A stretch of DNA of 64,000 bases from an uncultured Verrucomicrobiae bacterium (GTDB taxonomy: Bacteria > Verrucomicrobiota > Verrucomicrobiia > Chthoniobacterales > Chthoniobacteraceae): positions 320,001 to 384,000 of the forward strand of contig CAVYKI010000012.1 in assembly GCA_963769025.1 (NCBI GenBank), written 5' to 3'. The translations under genes and the position numbers were made by a program. Positions within the stretch are counted from its first letter, which is position 1; the number at the start of each line of letters is the position of its first letter. The notes beneath the pieces were generated by a model. It was not told the DNA's origin. It saw only the letters and a program-made list of their open reading frames with translations, and did not search any database. Shown here piece after piece: positions 57,362-64,000 of this stretch.

Positions 57362-60300
57362 ATGAAGAAACCCATCCTGAGTTCACTGTTCCCCGTCGCA
57401 CTGCTCGCCATGAGCCTGATCACGCATCCCGCAGCCGCGGATGAATCGTTCACGTTCAACCTGGGAGGCGTGACGATCCCCGACGGCAATCCGACCGGCT
57501 ATGCGAATGTGCAGAACCCGGGCTCGGGCATCAACGTGATCACGGGCCTGACCGTGAACCTGAACATCACGGGCGATCCCTTAGGCGGGTTCAACGGCGA
57601 TCTTTACGCCTACCTGCGGCACGTGACGCCCGGCGGCACGGGATTCACCGTGCTGCTGAACCGCGTGGGTTCCACCGACGCTACGACAGACTTTGGCTAC
57701 GGCGACTCGGGGTTCAACGTGATCTTCAGCGACATCGCGATGAACGGGGACATCCACTTTTACCAGACCGTGGACCATGCCCGCCCCCATGAGTCCCGCT
57801 CAGCGGCGTGTGGCAGCCGGACGCGCGGAACATCAACCCGGATGTGGTCACGGGCGCGACTCCTCGCACGACATTCCTCAGTTCCTTCAACGGCCTGAGC
57901 GCCATGGGCGACTGGACGCTCTTCGTGGCGGACCTCTCCGGCGGATCGGTCATGACCATCGACAGCTGGGGCCTGAACATCCGGGGCGACCAGAGTTCCT
58001 TCTATTGGAAAGGCGCGACGGACAGCATGTGGAACACCATCGGCACGCCGATGTCCCCGAATTGGACCGCCGATCCCGACGGGATGACGCCCATCCTCGC
58101 GACTCCGAGTGCGCTTTCGGATGTGACTTTCTCAGCGTCGGGAGCCGATCGAACCAGAACACCACGCTCGGGGCGGACTTCACGATCCGCAGCCTGAGGA
58201 TTTACGATCCGGCGGCCGTGACGATCAACGCCGGCGGACCCTTCACGCTGACCATCGCGGGCGGTGTCGGGACGGGCATCGACGTGCAGGCCGGGGCGGG
58301 CCTCGTGACCGTCAACGCGGACCTGACGTTCGGCGGGGCGTCCGACACGATCAAGGTCGACAACGCGGCAGGGGCGATCGTCAACGGCACGATCGACGGC
58401 CCCAACGGGCTCATCAAGGCGGGCGCGGGCAAACTCACGCTGACCGGCGCAAACATCTACATGGGCGGCACCACGATCAATGGCGGGACGCTCGCCATCT
58501 CGAGCGATGGCAACCTCGGCAATACGGCCGGCGGCATCACTTTCGACAATAACGCCACGCTGCAAACACTGGCGGGCATCATGTTCGCCGGCACGCGGGC
58601 CGTCACCGTCAACCCCTTGGGTGGCAAGATCGACGTATTCGGCCAAAATTCCACGCTCAATGGCCAGGTCTCCGGGGCCGGAGTGCTCACCGTGACCGAC
58701 AGCGTCGCCGGGTTGGGGACGCTCACATTGACCGCTGACAACAGCGGCCTGACCGGCGGCTTGTCGGTGGACGGTCAGGCGACCGTGGCCGTGAGCGCGG
58801 ACAACAACCTCGGCGACCCGCTCGCGCCGCTCTCGCTCGCGAATAACGGAACCCTTCAGACGACCGCCACGTTCTCGTCTGGCCGGCCGGTGAATCTTCC
58901 CGCGCGATCGGCAACATCAACGTGGACGCAATGGTGACGACGACGCTCACCGGGCTCATGGATGGGCCGGGAATGACTTGCAGAAGGTCGGCCCCGGCTC
59001 ACTGGAACTGACGGTGACAACACGGCTATCTCGGCAGGCACCATCCTGAGCGGCGGCAGCCTCTTCGCCAATGTGAGCCCCGCCGGGCCGACGAACCAGG
59101 CGCTCGGCACAGGCTTGATCAATGTTCTCGTCCCCGGCGTGACCTTGGGCACGCATGTCGATGGCCAGGTGATCTCCAATCCGATCGAGGCGCAGGCGGA
59201 TTTCTTCGTCGCGCCGCCGGTGGGCGGCAATCTGTTCCTGAACGGCGATGTCAACCTCACCGGCGATCGCACCATTACGAGCCAGAACGACGGCTCGAAC
59301 ACGCATTTCGGCGGAGCAATCGGCGGAGCCTTCGCGCTGACCCTCGCGGACGCGGTGATGCCGCCGGGCTTCAACAGCTTCTTCTTCGAGGGCATGACCC
59401 CGAACACCTACACCGGCCTGACCACGATCCAGAATAACGCAGCCCTCCATCTGGCGAAAGCCGACGGCGTCAATGCGATCGCGGGCAATGTGCAGATCGA
59501 TATCGGCGGGGCGCTCATCTTCGATCGCGACGAGCAGATCGCGGACACGTCCACGGTGACGGTGAACAGCACCGGCATCGCGGGAGCCATGAATCCGGCC
59601 GGCTTCCTCCTGCAGGGGCACACTGAGACGATCGGCACCTTGCTCGGCAACGGCACGCTGGCGCTCGACGACAACGCGGGCGGCGCAGCGGGATCCCTCA
59701 CCGTGGGCGCGGGCATCTTCAGCGGCGTCATCTCCGACAGCAACATGGGCAATGGCCAGGTGACCAAGAACACCGGCGGCACGCTGACGCTGACCGGCGC
59801 GAACACTTACACGAGCCCCACAACGCTCAACGCCGGCACTCTGCAGGCGGGCAATGTGAAGGCGCTCGGCTCGGGGAACTTCACGATGACGGGCGGCACG
59901 CTGCGCACCACGGGCGGCCCGCTCGCGGTGGACATCGGCGCCGGCAACATCCTCTTCAGCGGCGGCACATTTGCAGTGAACGTCGGCGGTACCTCGCCCG
60001 GCGTGCTGCACGACCAGCTCAGGACCACCGGCACGGCGAGCACCGGCGGCGGCATCTTTGCGCTGACGCAACTGAATGGCTACATCCTCGCCCCCGGCGA
60101 CAAGATCCACCTCATCGTCGCCGCGGCCGGAGTCGCAGGCGGCACCGCCCTCGGCACCGTGGTGCCGGGATCGAACGTCACGGGCCTTGAAGCATTCAGC
60201 AACAACCCGCTGCTCGTGCCGACGGTGAACCTCTATCCGACGACCGTCACCCTCGAGCCGATGCAGGGATCCTTTCTCGCGCTGGCGGGCCGGTTGGGCT

Positions 60301-61475
60301 TTACGCCGAACCAGATCCGGACGGCTGCCGCGCTCGACAGCGTCGCCGCGGCCATCAACTACAAGACCGGCATCTTCCAGGAACTGAACTTCCTCGACAC
60401 GCAGTCGCTGAGTACGCTGCCGAGCAACCTCGACAAGATCGCACCCGAGGAATTGACCGCCATCCCCGCGGCCAGCATCTCGCTCGCTAACGTCCACAGT
60501 TCAAATCTCCTCAGCCATTTGGATTCGCTCCGCAGCCAGAGTTCGACGCCTTCCGCATCCACGCTCGCGGCCGCAGGCAGCGGCCCCAGCTACAGCGGCG
60601 GCATGAGCGGCCCGACCGGAGCGCGCAGCAAGGAGATCGCCCCGCCGACGCAGGATCGCTGGGGAATGTTCCTCACCGGCTCCGGTGAGTGGACGCGCGT
60701 GGGCAGCACGGCCAATGCAGCCGGCTTCGACCTGCAGACCGGCGGCGTCACCGGCGGCGTGGATTACCGCGTCACCGACAAATTCGCCCTCGGCCTCGAC
60801 TTCGGCTACGTGAACACGAACTCAAGCCTCGTAAACGGCGGCAATATCGACACCGACGGCGGCCGCCTCGGCGTCTATGGCACTTACTTCGACCGGAACT
60901 TCCATGTGGATGCGGCCGTCACCGGCGGTCTCAACAGCTACAAGACCCGCCGCACCACGCCGAACAACACCGCGGCCACCGCCAGTCCCGACGGCTCGGA
61001 AATCAACCTCCTCCTCGCGACCGGATACGACTGGAAAGTCGGAGCGCTGACCATCGGGCCGACGGCCACCTTCCAATACACGAACGTGCGCATGGATGGC
61101 TTCACGGAGACCGGCGCATTCGCCCCGCTCACCGTCAATGGCCAGACCTCGGAGTCCACCCGCACCTCGCTCGGCATTCGTGCGACCTACGACGCCAAAG
61201 TCGGCGGCGTCACCGTCCGCCCGGAGGTCAAGCTCGCCTGGCAGCATGAGTTCGGCGACAGCGCCTACTCCGTCACCTCACGCTTCGCGACCCTCGGCGG
61301 CAATCCGTTCACCGTCACCGGAGCCGATATCGGCCGCGACAGTCTGCTCGTGGGCGCCGGCGTCAGCATCCTCTGGACGCCACGTTGCGCGACCTTCGTC
61401 TATTACGATGGCGAAATCGGCCGCACGAACTACAGCTCGCACAGCATCTCCGCCGGCTTCCGCTTCCAGTTCTAG
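57362..61475 (+). CDS. Autotransporter E (~1,370 aa): signal peptide, proprotein-convertase P-domain-like region, passenger repeats, C-terminal autotransporter beta-barrel; several frameshifts between ~57775 and ~58985
   Basis: MKKPILSSLFPVALLAMSLITHPAAA signal. IPDGNPTG...ITGLTVNLNI...NGDLYAYLRH...VLLNRVG...LSSFNG..AMGDWTLFVAD. LIKAGAGKLTLTGANIY repeats. Barrel region WGMFLTGSGEW...GVDYRV...GFTETGAFAPL...LAWQHEF...ending in aromatic GFRFQF. Confidence 0.85.
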
Positions 61476-61486
61476 GCCCGCGCGGA

Positions 61487-62231
61487 TCACGCGCCACCGC
61501 AGACCGGACAGTCCTCGCGCCGCGCGACCTTCAGCCGGCGGAATTGCATCGAACCGAGGTCCATCGCCAGCAGCGTCCCGGCGAGCGGTTCGCCGATGCC
61601 GGTGAGCAGCTTCACGACCTCGATCGCGCCGAGGCAGCCCACCGTGCCCGACACCGCGCCGAGCACGGGAAATTGCCGCTTCCATTCCGGCGGCGGCTCT
61701 GGCGTGAGGCAGCGCAGACACGGCGTGCGCCCGGGGAGGATCGTCGTGATGTGCGCCTCCATCGCGAACATCGCGCACTCGACCATCGGCTTTCCCGCGC
61801 GCACGGCGGCGGCGTTCAGCGCGTAGCGTTCGGCGAAAAGCGGCGCGGCATCGACGACCACATCCGCCTGCGCGACGAGCCCGTCCGCATTATCCCCGCT
61901 CACATTTTCCTCCACCGCGACGATCTCCACGCGCGGGTTCAGCTCCCGCAGGCGCTTCACCACTGCCGGGCAGCCGCGGCTCGCCGATGCGATCGTGCGA
62001 CTGCTGCAGGTGCCGGTGAAGATCGCTCGGCTTCACTTTCCCTCCCATCGCCAGCACGAGCCTGCCGATGCCCGCCGCCGCGAGCTGGTACGCGACGACG
62101 CCGCCCAACCCGCCGACGCGCGAGATGAGCACCGACGCGCCCTTGAGTTTGCGCTGACCTTCCTCGCCGAAACCGGGAATCCACATCTGCCACTCGTAGA
62201 TGGCGCGCTCTTCCGGCGTCAGATCGCTCAT
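61487..62231 (-). CDS. moeB: HesA/MoeB/ThiF family adenylyltransferase; frameshift at ~61965
   Basis: FGEEGQRKLKGASVLISRVGGLG...LAAAGIGRL, SDLHR, LRELNPRVEI, PCLRCL and CPVC zinc motifs, GAVSGTVGCL. Last gene of a molybdate ABC operon. Confidence 0.75.
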
Positions 62232-62923
62232 GGCTGCGGCGCCCGCAGGGATTCGGAACCGTCAAACTCGCCGGACGTGACAGGCACCTCGCAGATGCGT
62301 CCGCCGTCGAGACGGAAGACGACATCCGCCAGCGCCGCGGCCTCCGCGCGGCTGTGCGTGATGTGCAGCGCGGTGATGCCGTGCTCGCGCTGCACGCGCT
62401 TGAGCAGTGCGGCGAGGTCGTCGCGGAGTTCCTCGTCGAGCGCGGAGAGCGGTTCGTCGAGGAGGAGGACTTGCGGCTTCGCAGCGAGCGCGCGTCCGAG
62501 GGCGACGCGCTGGCGTTCGCCACCGGAGAGGCGCTGCGGGCGGCGGTCGAGGAGATGCGGTGACGCCGAGCTCGTCCGCGAGTTGGTCGACGCGCGTCGC
62601 GATTTCAGTCGGCGGGACGGCGGCGCAGGCGCAGCGCGAAGCCGAGCTGCTCGCGCACGGTCAAGGTGGGAAACAGCGCGCCATCCTGCGGCACGTAGCC
62701 GACACCGCGCGCGGCGGGGAGTTCGTGCGTCACATCGCGGTCGCCGATGATCACGCGTCCCGAGCGCGGCGTGCGCAGGCCGCAGATGATTTCGAGCAGC
62801 GTGGTCTTGCCGCAGCCCGTGCGGCCCATGAGCACGGCATAGCTCCCCGCGGGCACGGTGAAGCAGACATTTTCCAGGCGGAATGTCGCCGGCACGCCAG
62901 GCGATGGAGTCGAGCTGAATCAT
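62228..62923 (-). CDS. modC: ABC transporter ATP-binding subunit (molybdate/tungstate ModC-like); frameshifted
   Basis: MIQLDSIAW start, Walker A GRTGCGKTT, VGYVPQDGALFP, signature LSGGERQRVALGRAL, Walker B LLLDEP, HITH switch. Confidence 0.75.
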   Translation of the reverse strand: MIQLDSIAWRAGDIPPGKCLLHRARGELCRAHGPHGLRQDHAARNHLRPAHAALGTRDHRRPRCDARTPRRARCRLRAAGWRAVSHLDRARAARLRAAPAPPSRRLKSRRASTNSRTSSASPHLLDRRPQRLSGGERQRVALGRALAAKPQVLLLDEPLSALDEELRDDLAALLKRVQREHGITALHITHSRAEAAALADVVFRLDGGRICEVPVTSGEFDGSESLRAPQP

Positions 62924-63815
62924 GCGAACGCGGAATGCCGAACGCGGAACGCGGAAAGAAACGGCGCGGCTTCGGCGCACTTGCACCGTTCCGCGTTCCG
63001 CGTTCCGCATTCCGCGTTCCTCATAACTTTTCCCCCACGAGCCGCACTGCCACGAGCACGACGAGCGCGAGCAGCGACCATGAGCAGGCTGACGGCGACG
63101 GCGGCTTCGAGCCGGCCGACGCTGAGCTCGAGAAAGACACTGGTCGGCAGCACCTCGGTCTTCATCCGCGTGGCGCCGGCGAAGACGAGAATCGGCCCGA
63201 ACTCCCCGAGGCTGCGCGCCCACGCGATGCTGAACGCGGCGAACATCCCGCGCCGCGCCGCGGGCAGCGTGACCATCCACACGGCCTGCCCGCGCGAGCA
63301 GCCGAGCGTCATCGCCACATCCTCCGGTCGCGCGGAGAGATGATCGAAGACGCCGCGCATCGTCCGCACGGCGAAGGCGGCGCCGATGACGAACTGCGCG
63401 AGCACCACGCCGGCGACGGTGTAGGTGAACGGGATCGACGCGCTCGATCAACTTGCCCGCGCGGCGTCTGGAAAAAGATGAGCAGGCAAAGGCCGACGAC
63501 CATCGGCGGCAGGACGATCGGAATGTCGAGCGCGGCATCGAGCAACGCCTTGCCGGCGAAGCGCCCGCGCGAAAGCAGGTAGCCGACCGGCACCGCGAGC
63601 GAGCAGCGCGAGCAGCGCGAGAGCGGTGCAGGTGACGAGGCTGAGGACGATCGAATAGCGGATCTCCGCGCGTGCCGAGCGACTTCCCAGATCTGCCGCG
63701 GCGAGGTGTAGGTCGCCGTCGCGCCGAGCAGCGCGACGAGGAAGGCGAGATACAGGCCGGCGACGAGCGCGAGCCCGATCCAGAATGGAGTGAGCCACGC
63801 GCGCGGTGCGCTCAT
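62920..63815 (-). CDS. modB: ABC transporter permease (molybdate/tungstate ModB-like); frameshifted
   Basis: LDIPIVLPPMVVGLCLL, EAA-like EDVAMTLGCSRGQAVWMVTLP, WARSLGEFG. ATGA overlaps with both neighbours (63812-63815 and 62920-62923). Confidence 0.75.
62924..63020. repeat. Heptamer (GCGGAAY) tandem plus inverted-tandem element in the modB 3' end
   Basis: GCGAAC GCGGAAT GCCGAAC GCGGAAC GCGGAA ... TTCCGCG TTCCGCG TTCCGCA TTCCGCG TTCC, able to form a long hairpin. Confidence 0.7.
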
Positions 63816-64000
63816 TTGTCCTTCAGCCAGTCGGGCACCTTGATGTCCTTGCTCGGGATCGCCGCTTCGCCACGCCACTCGAAGCCGGCCTGCTCAAACT
63901 CCGCGCGGTTGGCCTTCAGAAAGGCGAGCAGGCGGTGGCCGAGTTGCGCGTTCGGCGAGTCGGCTGCGCACCGAGAACGGCTGCACGGCCTTCGCTCCCT
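63812..64000 (-). CDS. 3' end of an ABC substrate-binding protein (ModA-like), truncated by the window edge
   Basis: ...DSPNAQLGHRLLAFLKANRAEFEQAGFEWRGEAAIPSKDIKVPDWLKDK*. Its stop overlaps the modB start (ATGA). Call rests mostly on operon position and the F...GF C-terminal pattern. Confidence 0.55.
   Translation of the reverse strand, partial: RERRPCSRSRCAADSPNAQLGHRLLAFLKANRAEFEQAGFEWRGEAAIPSKDIKVPDWLKDK

Noticed and set aside
62228..63538. 436-aa ORF suggesting a modB-modC fusion
   Set aside because: Artefact of frameshifts; the ATGA overlap at 62920-62923 indicates two coupled genes.

Overview
GC-rich bacterial window, most likely Verrucomicrobiota (Chthoniobacter/Spartobacteria-like, inferred from PEP-CTERM proteins built from passenger-associated repeats and a C-terminal '...FYRL' domain). 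About 80% of it codes for very large exported surface proteins: (A) a 5'-truncated PEP-CTERM beta-helix protein (<1-5641, +); (B) a ~6,800-aa PEP-CTERM beta-helix protein broken by many 1-nt indels (28537->8016, -); (C) its intact 4,638-aa paralogue (43425->29509, -); (D) a ~3,030-aa Ig/beta-helix/metzincin protein with 7 tandem Ig-like repeats (48208-57307, one frameshift); and (E) an autotransporter with an N-terminal P-domain-like region (57362-61475, frameshifted). Between B and C lies a cas-less CRISPR-like mini-array (3 x 36-bp repeats, 2 x 30-bp spacers, AT-rich flank). Between C and D is a compact non-prophage cassette: a Tat-signal protein, three paralogous phage tail-collar proteins, a SAM-dependent methyltransferase-like gene, a GNAT acetyltransferase and a DUF6916-like gene. 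Housekeeping genes are fumC, a PmtA-like methyltransferase and a modA'-modB-modC-moeB-like operon. Frameshifts come in patches and also hit housekeeping genes, so they are probably long-read consensus errors rather than true pseudogenisation. The best candidates for an undescribed system are the orphan mini-array upstream of giant adhesin B and the tail-collar triad with modifying enzymes embedded among the giant adhesins.
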